In this document: piece after piece, positions 8,865 through 17,658 of the stretch
Position numbering within the stretch: the stretch's first letter is position 1
Layout of the letters: the number at the start of each line of letters is the position of its first letter
Sequence record: SRR22947727_6145
Length of the DNA: 34,480 bases
Strand: one strand, 5' to 3'
Made by a program: the position numbers and the translations under genes
Notes under the pieces: generated by a model
The model's database searches: none
The model's input: only the letters and a program-made list of their open reading frames with translations
What the model was told of the DNA's origin: nothing

Positions 8865-10403
8865 TCACTTTCCTTCCGGATCACGATAAAACCAATCTGG
8901 AAACTCAGCTGATTTTGTGCCGCCTTTTTTGCGGTGCAAAAACTTCGTGCCGCGATCATCGAGGATCGGCATTTCGGTTCCGGTGCTTTCTCTTAGGAGT
9001 TCGAAAAGCCGCTTGTTCAGCTTCTCGACGGTCTTGGCGTATTTCGGATCGTTGATCAAATTTGTTTTCTCGTCGGGATCATTTTTTTGGTCGTAAAGTT
9101 CATCGACATCCCAAATTCCGTGGTAACGGACATACTTGAATTGCTCGCCGATCACCGCATGCATCGTCGGCGTTTGCGGGTAATTTCGTTCCCAAAAATA
9201 TTCGTAGAGAATGTAATCGCGCCACTCGGTTGATTTTCCCTTTGCGAGCGGGAGAAAGCTCATGCCGTCCATTTGTTCCGGTGTTTCCAAACCGGCGGCG
9301 TCGAGCATGGTCGGAGCCACATCGATGTTCGCGACCACTTGCTCGAGCGTTTGCCCGCCTTTGATTCCAGCCGGCCATGACATGACCATCGGGATGCGAA
9401 CCGACGCATCGTATGCGCAGCGTTTGTCGATCAAGCCGTGTTCGCCGAAGAGAAACCCGTTGTCGCCGAGATATAAGATCAGTGTGTTTTCCAGTTCGCC
9501 AGCGGCTTTCAGTTGAGCCCGTATTTCCCCCAAACTCTCATCGATCGCCGCGATTGTTTCACAGTAGCGCTTGTAATACGTCGCGATGTCGAGATCGGAA
9601 TAGTAGGCAAACTCAACCCCGTGGCGGCTGTTGCGCTGGTTCTGAACCCAACGCGGAACATCTGTGAATTCATCTGGTGAGTCCGACCAGCTTTTTGGCG
9701 GCGTGAATTCGGCGTCTTCATACATGTAAGCATGGCGATTGGATGGTAAAAAATCTGCGTGAACTGCTTTGTGCGAAAGATAGCAGAGCCATGGCTTCTC
9801 ATCGTTTTCACCTTCGCGGCCCTTCAACCAATCGAGCGTGTATTCGGTCAGCTCATCTGTGATGTAGCCTTTTTGTTCGACTCGTTTGCCATTGATGTTG
9901 AATCCGTCGCGATTGACTTGTGGCACAAAACGGCCCTTCACTTTCGCCTCGGCCGGATCGGCGAAATAGACACCTTGTCCTTTAAAACTGATCCAGTGAT
10001 CGAATCCGGGCTGTTGGTGATCGATCTCGCCGCCCATGTGCCATTTGCCGATGAAAGCGGTTTCGTAGCCATTTTTCTGCAAATACTCGGGGAAATAAAT
10101 GAGCCCTTCAGGAATCGGATTGTAGTTGTCGACTACCCGATGGTTGTGTGCGAATTGCCCCGTCAAAATCGAAGCGCGACTCGGCGAACAAAGCGAAGTT
10201 GTTACGATTGCGTTTTTGAAATGAATCCCGGTGGCCGCCAACTCGTCGAGATGAGGCGTCTTCAAAAACGGATGATCGAGAAAGCCCATCGCGTCGTAAC
10301 GCTGATCATCCGTGAGGACGACGAGGATATTCGGGCGTTTTTCTTCCGCCGAAGCATGGAAGCAAAATGCAGCAAAAACGATCGCGAGAAAGGTTCTAAA
10401 CAT
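8865..10403 (-). CDS. Sulfatase, S1 family (N-acetylglucosamine-6-sulfatase-like)
   Basis: Signal peptide, RPNILVVLTDDQRYD, LCSPSRASILTG, GKWHMG, HKAVH, DNGFLFGEHGLIDKR. Confidence 0.92.
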   Translation of the reverse strand: MFRTFLAIVFAAFCFHASAEEKRPNILVVLTDDQRYDAMGFLDHPFLKTPHLDELAATGIHFKNAIVTTSLCSPSRASILTGQFAHNHRVVDNYNPIPEGLIYFPEYLQKNGYETAFIGKWHMGGEIDHQQPGFDHWISFKGQGVYFADPAEAKVKGRFVPQVNRDGFNINGKRVEQKGYITDELTEYTLDWLKGREGENDEKPWLCYLSHKAVHADFLPSNRHAYMYEDAEFTPPKSWSDSPDEFTDVPRWVQNQRNSRHGVEFAYYSDLDIATYYKRYCETIAAIDESLGEIRAQLKAAGELENTLILYLGDNGFLFGEHGLIDKRCAYDASVRIPMVMSWPAGIKGGQTLEQVVANIDVAPTMLDAAGLETPEQMDGMSFLPLAKGKSTEWRDYILYEYFWERNYPQTPTMHAVIGEQFKYVRYHGIWDVDELYDQKNDPDEKTNLINDPKYAKTVEKLNKRLFELLRESTGTEMPILDDRGTKFLHRKKGGTKSAEFPDWFYRDPEGK

Positions 10404-10453
10404 GCCGCGATGATAACGATTTCGCTATCAATGACAATCGTTCGATCGGGCGA

Positions 10454-11830
10454 CTAAGCCAGAGTCGGAAGTGAAGCGGCCGCGATCGCTTGGCCATGTC
10501 GCTTCATTTTCTCATCCGGAATTGTGAACGTAATCTTTTCTGCAAGCTCAGGGTATTCCGCCGTGAGAACTTCTTTCGCACGATCCATGAGCAGGTCTCC
10601 GCCGGAGCCGGAGGTGACGCGCCCCATAATGATCAGCGTGTTGATGTCGTAAAATTTTGCATAGTGAGCTATCGAATATCCGAAGCAAACGCCAAGCGTA
10701 TCATAAATATTTCGGGCACCTTCGTGCCCGTCGTTCATTGCGTTTTGCACCTCGATGAGTTGCTCGGGAAATGGCATGTCTCCAAACTTGAAACCTGCCT
10801 TGTCAGTTAAGCGCGCGACTCCTTGTTGCGAGAAAAATTGAACACCGCAGCCCGAGTCGCCGGACCATTCATCAGCGGGGCCATTCTCGCGATAGTCGAC
10901 CGGTGCAAACGCGAGTTCGTTGAGTTGCGGAGTCACTTGACCACTCGTATTCACATAGCCAACTGCCTCGGCTGTTCCCATGGCGATTCCGAGGACACCA
11001 TTTGTATTTAAACTCATCGCACCAGCGAGAGCGGTGACATCGCCGTCGTTCGCGATTTCAAAAGGAACTCCAGGATAATGCTCAGCAACGATATCGGTAA
11101 ACATCGGCTGAACCCGCTTTTGAAAAACAGCTGGATCCGTAACGCCGCGGAAAAGTGAGGCGAGTCGCACTTCATTATTGATATAAATTCCTGCGGCGGA
11201 GCCACCAATCGCATCAACTTTGGGAAGATAGGCGGCTGCTTTGGCGAGGCTGTCGACGATTCCCTTGTAGTGGTAGTCAGGGTCGGATTGAAAGTAGGGA
11301 TCCCAGGCAACTTCCTCTGAGAAAACGACTTCTCCATCGATCACCGCGGCATATTTTCGATCTGAACCGCCCAGATCAAAACCAATCCGGCAGCCATCAA
11401 GATTTTTCCCCTGTGAAGTCGTGGCGAGATTTTCCTCCGGCAGATCCGATTCATTCACCGACGTCACCGAAATTGCTTCGCCGAAGACATTCTCTCCCAA
11501 CGTTTTCCAATCGAATTTGCGTGTGCCGTTTTCCGAATACTCCGAGGCGAGAAAGCGTGTTAAGTCAGTGTTTCCCGAAATTAGAACCCGACTGCCTCCC
11601 TTCGCCCACAGGAGAAATTTGAGAAGCCGCTCAACATATTTTTGATTCAGAGCCGCGTTTGATTCGGTTGGTTCAAGGATTCTGGCTGAATGCCGAAACG
11701 TGACACCATCGGGGCGCGTCAGCGCAATTTCGAAATCCTCAGCTTTCGAATCTGCGGCGACCTTTTCACGGAAGTTACGATTCCATACGGCAGCAGGAAC
11801 AAAATCAGGATCGAGACATGGTGTGATCAT
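10454..11830 (-). CDS. ROK-family protein (probable sugar kinase) with a long N-terminal extension
   Basis: IGFDLGGSD phosphate-1 motif, IANDGDVTALAG, GIAMGT. The likely start is ATG at 11830; the ORF-track extension upstream runs through a repeat element. Confidence 0.8.
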   Translation of the reverse strand: MITPCLDPDFVPAAVWNRNFREKVAADSKAEDFEIALTRPDGVTFRHSARILEPTESNAALNQKYVERLLKFLLWAKGGSRVLISGNTDLTRFLASEYSENGTRKFDWKTLGENVFGEAISVTSVNESDLPEENLATTSQGKNLDGCRIGFDLGGSDRKYAAVIDGEVVFSEEVAWDPYFQSDPDYHYKGIVDSLAKAAAYLPKVDAIGGSAAGIYINNEVRLASLFRGVTDPAVFQKRVQPMFTDIVAEHYPGVPFEIANDGDVTALAGAMSLNTNGVLGIAMGTAEAVGYVNTSGQVTPQLNELAFAPVDYRENGPADEWSGDSGCGVQFFSQQGVARLTDKAGFKFGDMPFPEQLIEVQNAMNDGHEGARNIYDTLGVCFGYSIAHYAKFYDINTLIIMGRVTSGSGGDLLMDRAKEVLTAEYPELAEKITFTIPDEKMKRHGQAIAAASLPTLA

Positions 11831-11909
11831 AGGGATATAAAGCGTCTCTGAGCGAGTATGGCAACCCCCGAATACCAGTTCCAAAATGAGACTCTGTTCT
11901 ACCCATTTC

Positions 11910-11931
11910 CTAACCAACAGGGTTGCTTCGA
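11910..11931 (+). repeat. Solo unit of the palindromic repeat
   Basis: CTAACCAACAGGGTTGCTTCGA matches the unit consensus CCAAYAGGGTTGSTTCG. Confidence 0.7.
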
Positions 11932-11940
11932 AAAGGCAAA

Positions 11941-11985
11941 ACGAATCTATAGGGTATGTTCGGCGAACCAACCCTATTGCTTCGT
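11941..11985. repeat. 45-bp element, copy 3 (head-to-head)
   Basis: ACGAATCTATAGGGTATGTTCGGCGAACCAACCCTATTGCTTCGT, immediately downstream of the rbsK stop. Confidence 0.88.
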
Positions 11986-11988
11986 GAA

Positions 11989-12978
11989 TCAGGGAAATTG
12001 CTGAACGTGCTGTTCGACTTGATCGAGATCCGGAATCGGGCTCTGGGCGCCTGCGCCAAGCGTGGTAAGCGCTCCCGCGACATTTGCGGAGCGAACCGCA
12101 TCGCGCAAATCCACACCGCGCGCGATTTGAGATGCAAAGCAGCCAGCGAATGCGTCGCCTGCGCCGACGGTGTCGATTGGAAGTACGGCCATGGTTGGAA
12201 CTTCGAATGGATCTTCGAACTCCGGATAAACGAGAGTTGGATCGCTTCCACGTGTGATTACGAGCGTGCCGATATTGAATTCATCCAGCTGCTGGCGAAC
12301 CATAGGCAGATCGCGGATTTGCCCGGGAAGAAAATCGAGCAATTCAATGGCTTCGGATTCGTTGACGATCACGTAATCGCTCTGAATCTCGCTCCACGGA
12401 AATGTCGTCCGGATCGGGGAGGGGTTCAAAATAACGGTCACGTCGGCGAGATTCGCGGCGTTTACGGCTTCGACGATGGTCGAAATTGGAATTTCAAATT
12501 GAGCCAACAACGCGTCCGCTTTCTGAATTGCGGCCTCAGCGTGATGAATTTCGTCAACCGAAGTGATCGCGTTTGCTCCCGGAGATACGATGATGGTATT
12601 TTCGCCTTCATCATCGACGGCGATGAATGCAGAACCGGATCGGATGCCGGGTTGATTTTTAATCAGATCGACGTTGATACCTTCGTTTTCGAGTCGCGTT
12701 CGGTAGGGACGAGCCATTTCGTCGTCGCCGAGAGATCCAATCAGTGTGACCTCGATTTCCTGACGGGCTGCCGCAACTGCCTGGTTGGCACCTTTGCCGC
12801 CAAAATTAGTAACCATCTCGGCCGCTGCGATGGTTTCACCGGGGTTGGGTAGACGGCCCACCCGCATCACATAGTCAATATTCAATGAGCCAGCCACGAC
12901 GAGATGGGGGGCATTGGGATCGATCGAAACCGGCGAAAGTTCTTCGTCGGCAAAAAAGTCTTCTGGGGCGTCGCTCAT
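11989..12978 (-). CDS. rbsK: Ribokinase (PfkB family)
   Basis: GSLNIDY, PNPGET, GGKGANQAVAAAR, AQFEIP, VNESEA, IDTVGAGDAFAG, GAQSPIP. Confidence 0.9.
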   Translation of the reverse strand: MSDAPEDFFADEELSPVSIDPNAPHLVVAGSLNIDYVMRVGRLPNPGETIAAAEMVTNFGGKGANQAVAAARQEIEVTLIGSLGDDEMARPYRTRLENEGINVDLIKNQPGIRSGSAFIAVDDEGENTIIVSPGANAITSVDEIHHAEAAIQKADALLAQFEIPISTIVEAVNAANLADVTVILNPSPIRTTFPWSEIQSDYVIVNESEAIELLDFLPGQIRDLPMVRQQLDEFNIGTLVITRGSDPTLVYPEFEDPFEVPTMAVLPIDTVGAGDAFAGCFASQIARGVDLRDAVRSANVAGALTTLGAGAQSPIPDLDQVEQHVQQFP

Positions 12979-12992
12979 GGGGGAAATTCAAT

Positions 12993-13331
12993 TTAGCGTG
13001 GCAGGGGCGTTTTCACCCCGTTGTCGTCAACCTGAACCAAGGTCACGTTGGTGGAAAAAATCTCAATTTCCTCCCGTCGAACCGAGACTGCATAGGTCAC
13101 TGAGGTGTTGCCCTGCCCGACGCGCTGGCTATTGAAATGCAGAATCGAGCCTTCGCGAACGGTTTTTTTGAATTCAACATCGTCCATCCCAACGGTGACG
13201 AATTTGGAGTTGGGAAATTCGGAACTGGCCGCGAGGTAGGCCATTTCATCGACCCAGGCGAGTAGGTAGCCGCCGAAGAGAAAGCCGTAGTGGTTTAAAT
13301 ATTGGGGGAGGACAAGGCGGTGGTTTTCCAT
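12993..13331 (-). CDS. Acyl-CoA thioesterase (hotdog fold, YciA-like)
   Basis: LNHYGFLFGGYLLAWVDEMA, VTVGMDDVEFK, GNTSV. Confidence 0.9.
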   Translation of the reverse strand: MENHRLVLPQYLNHYGFLFGGYLLAWVDEMAYLAASSEFPNSKFVTVGMDDVEFKKTVREGSILHFNSQRVGQGNTSVTYAVSVRREEIEIFSTNVTLVQVDDNGVKTPLPR

Positions 13332-13457
13332 GGCGGGACGGCTTTTTGCGAGAATAAGGCGGTTTTTTCACCAAATCTGGAAAATTATGTAAGAATTTTG
13401 AATGAAACGCCGGATTCTAACGTTTATAGTAAAATGTCATTTTTATCATTCCGTTTT

Positions 13458-14183
13458 ATGAAAACCGTTCCAGCACTTCTTTCCGCCCTTGCCCTGTTCG
13501 TATCGTCGGGCGCGGTGAATAGTCAGGAAACCAGTCCTTTCGCAGGAAAAACTCCTGATCAACTCACTGCTGATGAGGTGATGAAATTGGTTCGTTACAG
13601 CTACACCCTTTTTGATCGCGACTTCAGCGGACAGCTTCGGGTCGGTTTTAATAAAAAAGTGCCATTCATTTTGTCGCTGAAGCCGGAAGCGATTCGATTC
13701 ATTTTTTCCGATCCTGCGCACATCATCTATCTCGACAGGAAAGATAAGAAATTTGCGCTTTATGAAGGCAAAGGGGGCGCTCAACTGTCGCCCGTTGACC
13801 CGAAAAATTATGGCACCACCCTTCGCGGAACGGATGTGACTTACGATGATCTTTCAATGCGTTTCCTTTACTGGCCGAACGCAAAGATTGTGGATACCCA
13901 GCGAATTAAGAATCGCGAGACCTGGGTGGTTCGGGTGATCAATCCTGACGGCGCGGGACTTTACTCAACCGTAGATTGCTGGGTGGACAAAACCAGTGGC
14001 GGAATGCTCAAGATGATCGGTTACAACGCCAAAGGTCGTCCAATTCGTCGCTTCGAAGTCATTCACGGCAAGAAAATGGGCGATATTTGGATGGTCGACG
14101 AAATGCGTATCGAAACCATCAACCCAGCAAGCGGCAATCGGACGTCTCACACGCGTTTGCAGATTGAGGAAGCGATCAAGTAA
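13458..14183 (+). CDS. Outer-membrane lipoprotein-sorting protein (LolA-like family)
   Basis: Signal peptide MKTVPALLSALALFVSSGAVNS from ATG13458; LRGTDVTYDDL motif and a beta-rich C-terminus (WVDK...YNAKG...WMVDEMRIET). Confidence 0.7.
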   Translation: MKTVPALLSALALFVSSGAVNSQETSPFAGKTPDQLTADEVMKLVRYSYTLFDRDFSGQLRVGFNKKVPFILSLKPEAIRFIFSDPAHIIYLDRKDKKFALYEGKGGAQLSPVDPKNYGTTLRGTDVTYDDLSMRFLYWPNAKIVDTQRIKNRETWVVRVINPDGAGLYSTVDCWVDKTSGGMLKMIGYNAKGRPIRRFEVIHGKKMGDIWMVDEMRIETINPASGNRTSHTRLQIEEAIK

Positions 14184-14205
14184 GGCATTGAGGCGGTTTG
14201 CCCGT

Positions 14206-15126
14206 TTACCGATTGATCGGCAACGCTCTGATGAATGTTTGATCCGCTTCTGAAAGCTGATCGATCTCGTAAGTGTGATTCTTTCCATTCTTTGTGAAGA
14301 AAATCTGGGTCTTGGATCGGCCCAAAATGCGCACTTCGATCTCATTTCCATTTGCGTTCGTCAATGTGCGGTCGGCTGGGAAAGCGGAGGGCGTCGGTTT
14401 TCCTTCGGGAAGGGTAATTGCATTGAGAATCGCCGTGGCTTCGACATCGAAAAGGCCTCCTTTGTACTCGATCGTTGCCGGAGATTTTTCGAAAAACGTG
14501 ACGTAAAACACGCAAGCCGCAAGATAGGCGCCTTGTGCTGACGGATGACTCCCGTCCGATTTATACAACGAATCTCCCAATTTGGGATCTGCTTTTCGAA
14601 CCTTTGCCCACGTGTCTCCCACCGGGGCGAGAATGGCGTCGCAACGTTTCGCGGCACTGGCGTAACTGTCGCTCAACTTTTTTTGCATCGCCTTGTAGGT
14701 AGGCATCGTCTGAAGGTTCATTTTGTCACCGTCTTTGCGCCCCCACGTCTGGTAGAAAACAGTCTTCGCACCACTCGCATCGATCAATATATCGAGATCA
14801 ATCACGGCAGATTCGAATTTCTTAGGAAACGCTGCCGGAGTCTGGCTTTGGTCCTGAAGAACCACAAAGTCCCAATTCCCTGTTTTAATCTTTTCCAGAG
14901 TCGCTTGAGTCTCGAGGTGGAATCCCAACGTTTTCCCTCCAGGGGTGATAAATTCCAATTCGGTGGTCTTCCCTTCAGGCGAAGCCTTTATCAAATTCGT
15001 AAGCGTTTTGCGGATTTGCCCGGAATAGCTGTTTCCGACGAACAATATTCGCGTCATTTCTTGGGAGTAGCCCGATGGCTGCAACAAAATGAGCAGTAGA
15101 AAGAGAATGATGATGTTTCGGCTCAT
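14206..15126 (-). CDS. Secreted SGNH-like hydrolase with a C-terminal SHD1-like domain
   Basis: Signal peptide, RILFVGNSYS, WDFVVLQDQS, DGSHPS...GAYLAA; C-terminal RTLTNANGNEIEV...IDQLSEADQTFI matches the SLA1-homology-domain-1 pattern. Confidence 0.8.
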   Translation of the reverse strand: MSRNIIILFLLLILLQPSGYSQEMTRILFVGNSYSGQIRKTLTNLIKASPEGKTTELEFITPGGKTLGFHLETQATLEKIKTGNWDFVVLQDQSQTPAAFPKKFESAVIDLDILIDASGAKTVFYQTWGRKDGDKMNLQTMPTYKAMQKKLSDSYASAAKRCDAILAPVGDTWAKVRKADPKLGDSLYKSDGSHPSAQGAYLAACVFYVTFFEKSPATIEYKGGLFDVEATAILNAITLPEGKPTPSAFPADRTLTNANGNEIEVRILGRSKTQIFFTKNGKNHTYEIDQLSEADQTFIRALPINR

Positions 15127-15578
15127 GGGGCAGTTTTGAGGGGATATGAATTGGATTCGTCGTGCAGCTTTTGAAGCTCAACGTCGTCAGCCCGACTCAG
15201 TGAATCGAAAAAAACTTTGTTCCAAGTGCAACTGTCAGCGGAAGCCCGGACAAGAGCGCCGTTCTTTGCGGTGATGTTCAAGCTGGAAAAATACAGAGCT
15301 GGTTTTGACGAATCGTAATTCTGAAAATACTGAAGCTCCGAGAACGGACCACTCTCCACTTGTTCGCTGGGCGGATGTGTTTTGATGAAAGCGGAGAGAT
15401 CAGATCCATTCTGAATCTGCCCTGTATCAAACTTTTGCCAAACAGGATGAATCTCATTGGCCATTTTCGACTGCAATTGAAAGTCGGACAACAAGCTGGA
15501 GCCATACAGTACAGCTGCGATCGCGCAGGCGAGAAGCACGCTCGCAATTGAGGTGTGTCTTCTCGTAAGGTTCTTCAT
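15123..15578 (-). CDS. Hypothetical membrane-anchored protein
   Basis: 151-aa ORF with an N-terminal hydrophobic helix; its stop overlaps the next start (ATGA). Confidence 0.7.
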   Translation of the reverse strand: MKNLTRRHTSIASVLLACAIAAVLYGSSLLSDFQLQSKMANEIHPVWQKFDTGQIQNGSDLSAFIKTHPPSEQVESGPFSELQYFQNYDSSKPALYFSSLNITAKNGALVRASADSCTWNKVFFDSLSRADDVELQKLHDESNSYPLKTAP

Positions 15579-15643
15579 GGCCTAAACCTAACCGCGTATG
15601 ATCGGCGATCAAAACCGATTATGTCGCTTTGAATCAACAAGGC

Positions 15644-15664
15644 CGGAAGATTTTCCATCTTCCG
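15644..15664 (-). terminator. Hairpin downstream of dhaK (possible terminator)
   Basis: On the minus strand, CGGAAGAT-GGAAA-ATCTTCCG forms a perfect 8-bp stem about 25 bp after the stop. The U-tail is weak. Confidence 0.45.
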
Positions 15665-15688
15665 CTACTTGAATTTGGATTCAGCACC

Positions 15689-16720
15689 TTAGCCGCCGTA
15701 ACGGCCTTCCATCTTGGAGAAGCAGTTCGACTGGCAAGGCATGTCCCACGCGGCTTTCAACTCGTCGTCCACGCGGGTGAACGAGAATGAAATGCCTGAC
15801 ATTTCCTGGCAGGTCACTAACGGTCCGGTCAAGACGTCGTACACTTTAATTCCGCGCTCGTTGAGAATTTCTTTGGCTTTGCGGAGACAAATCAACAGCT
15901 CCATCATAGTGGTGGAACCGAGTGAATTTACAAACACGATGACTTCGTCGCCTTCGGTGAGGGCTTCCACATCAGTGTCGTCATCGAAGTCCTGAAAAAT
16001 CAGATCGATGATTTGTGGCGTCAATTCATCCGCTGTGGTCATTGGGATTTCACCAACGCCTTGCTCGCCGTGAATGCCCATACCGAGTCCTACTTTGTCA
16101 TCGTCGAGTTCGAACGTTGGCTTTCCGGTTGCTGGAATCGATCCCGGAGACATCGAAACGCCGACGGAACGAGTCTGAAGATTGGTTTTTTCAGCAAAAG
16201 CGGCCAATTCGTCGAGTGAGCCCGCCGTTTGCGAAGCAGCACCAACCAATTTTACGATCGGGACCAAACCGGCAACACCGCGGCGATCGTGTTTTTGAGT
16301 CACTGGCGCTGAGCAAACGTCGTCGCAGATCAGAACTGTTTTCACTTCAATGTCTTCGTCCTCGGCATCTTCCGCGCCGATGTCGAAATTCATCACGTCG
16401 CCCGCGTAGTTTCCATACAAATAGAGGACGCCGTTGCCTTTGTTGACGGCTTCGGTCGCTTCTAAAACGATGTCAGGGGAGGGCGCTGCGAAAACGTCGC
16501 CACAAGCCGCACCATCGGCCAAATTTCGTCCGACGAGACCATGATAAATCGGCTCGTGTCCTGCACCGCCACCAACGAGTAGCGCGACTTTATTGTCAGG
16601 AATATCATTTTTTACAATCGAACGGCGTCCTACGAGCGAGCACTCGCCATTGTAGGCTTCGATAAGGCCCGCCATCAATTCGTCGGCGACATTCAGGGGA
16701 TCGTTGATCAGTTTTTTCAT
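15689..16720 (-). CDS. dhaK: Dihydroxyacetone kinase subunit DhaK-like protein
   Basis: MKKLINDP, GGGAGHEP, GDVFAAPS, NYAGDVMNF, RRGVAG, GMGIHGEQG, VNSLGST. K domain only. Confidence 0.92.
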   Translation of the reverse strand: MKKLINDPLNVADELMAGLIEAYNGECSLVGRRSIVKNDIPDNKVALLVGGGAGHEPIYHGLVGRNLADGAACGDVFAAPSPDIVLEATEAVNKGNGVLYLYGNYAGDVMNFDIGAEDAEDEDIEVKTVLICDDVCSAPVTQKHDRRGVAGLVPIVKLVGAASQTAGSLDELAAFAEKTNLQTRSVGVSMSPGSIPATGKPTFELDDDKVGLGMGIHGEQGVGEIPMTTADELTPQIIDLIFQDFDDDTDVEALTEGDEVIVFVNSLGSTTMMELLICLRKAKEILNERGIKVYDVLTGPLVTCQEMSGISFSFTRVDDELKAAWDMPCQSNCFSKMEGRYGG

Positions 16721-16893
16721 GGATCGAAATAAAGTGTTTTACGTAAAGTTTTCTGCCGTCATGAAATCGGTGTGAGGCCCATTTGTCAACGGTAAACGAC
16801 CGATTCCAGCACTTCTTCAATAATCGTGAAGGCCTACCCATTCACGGAAGATTCCATTTCAAATTCGGCGGCCGGAATGGACGTGAAAAAGAT

Positions 16894-17658
16894 TTACTGC
16901 TCCAACGGCCAAATCGCGGCGACCGATTTAGAATCGACCCATCCGCGCAATTCACCCGGAATATCGACGTATTTCCATGGGCCGCGGTCTTGCAGAATTC
17001 GGACCTCGGAACCCGGCGGCAAAGCGATCACTGCTTCGGCTCCGGGAGCAGGTGCGGTCAACGCAGAAACATTGCCTCCTTTAACGACGGCGAATTTTTC
17101 GATCGCTAAGGTGTCGGATCGTCGACTTCCTGCCCAAATCGCAGCAATCGCGAGGGACAGGCCGAATAGGCTGATGATGATGAGTAGTGGACGCCAGTCG
17201 CGCAGTTTTCGAATGATGATCATCGCGGCAAGGCTCAGCAAAAACACCCAGGCGCCGATCCACGCGTAGATCGTGAGTTCAGTCGGTTTCCGATTGAAGA
17301 GAAAGGCATCGAGTGGCTTTCGTTCAATTTCGAGATAGCCGTGGGTCTTTTGCAAAAACGTAAGGTTTTGATTGGCCTCAGTCATGCGCGGATCAAAAAC
17401 CCGAGCCCGCTGAAACCAGAGTGCCGCTTCGCCGGGTCGGTTTTGGCGGAAAATTGCGTTTCCGAGATTAAAAAACACGTCCTCAGAAACCTTGCCGGCC
17501 TGAATGAGTTTTCGATATTCCGATTCCGCCGCAGCGAATTTTCCGCTTTGAAAAGCGGCGTTTCCTTGAGCGAAAAGCACGTCGCGTTGATCTGCCTGAG
17601 CAGCAACCGCCCAGCCCAGAATGAGACCGAAAAAGAGAATGAGTCGGGCCGCTTTCAA
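16894..17658 (-). CDS. batE: BatE-like TPR + transmembrane + SH3-like protein
   Basis: Signal peptide, TPR (LFAQGNAAFQSGKF...FFNLGNAIFR), two TM helices, LPPGSEVRIL...GELRGWV; TTG start overlaps the batD stop. Confidence 0.75.
   Translation of the reverse strand: MKAARLILFFGLILGWAVAAQADQRDVLFAQGNAAFQSGKFAAAESEYRKLIQAGKVSEDVFFNLGNAIFRQNRPGEAALWFQRARVFDPRMTEANQNLTFLQKTHGYLEIERKPLDAFLFNRKPTELTIYAWIGAWVFLLSLAAMIIIRKLRDWRPLLIIISLFGLSLAIAAIWAGSRRSDTLAIEKFAVVKGGNVSALTAPAPGAEAVIALPPGSEVRILQDRGPWKYVDIPGELRGWVDSKSVAAIWPLEQ

Noticed and set aside
9759-10457. 232-aa plus-strand ORF, and similar long shadows such as 7061-7753 and 6326-6940
   Set aside because: Antisense to well-supported genes (sulfatases, helicase) with no protein-family features.
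11956-11970. TGTTC-GGC-GAACC (and CTTC-ATC-GAACA near 24617) as a Verrucomicrobia-type LexA box (TGTTC-N4-GAACA)
   Set aside because: The spacer is 3 nt rather than 4, the motif is simply the centre of the head-to-head element, and the neighbouring genes are not SOS genes.
11956-12852. 298-aa plus-strand ORF
   Set aside because: Antisense shadow of rbsK with no recognisable motifs; it starts inside a repeat element.
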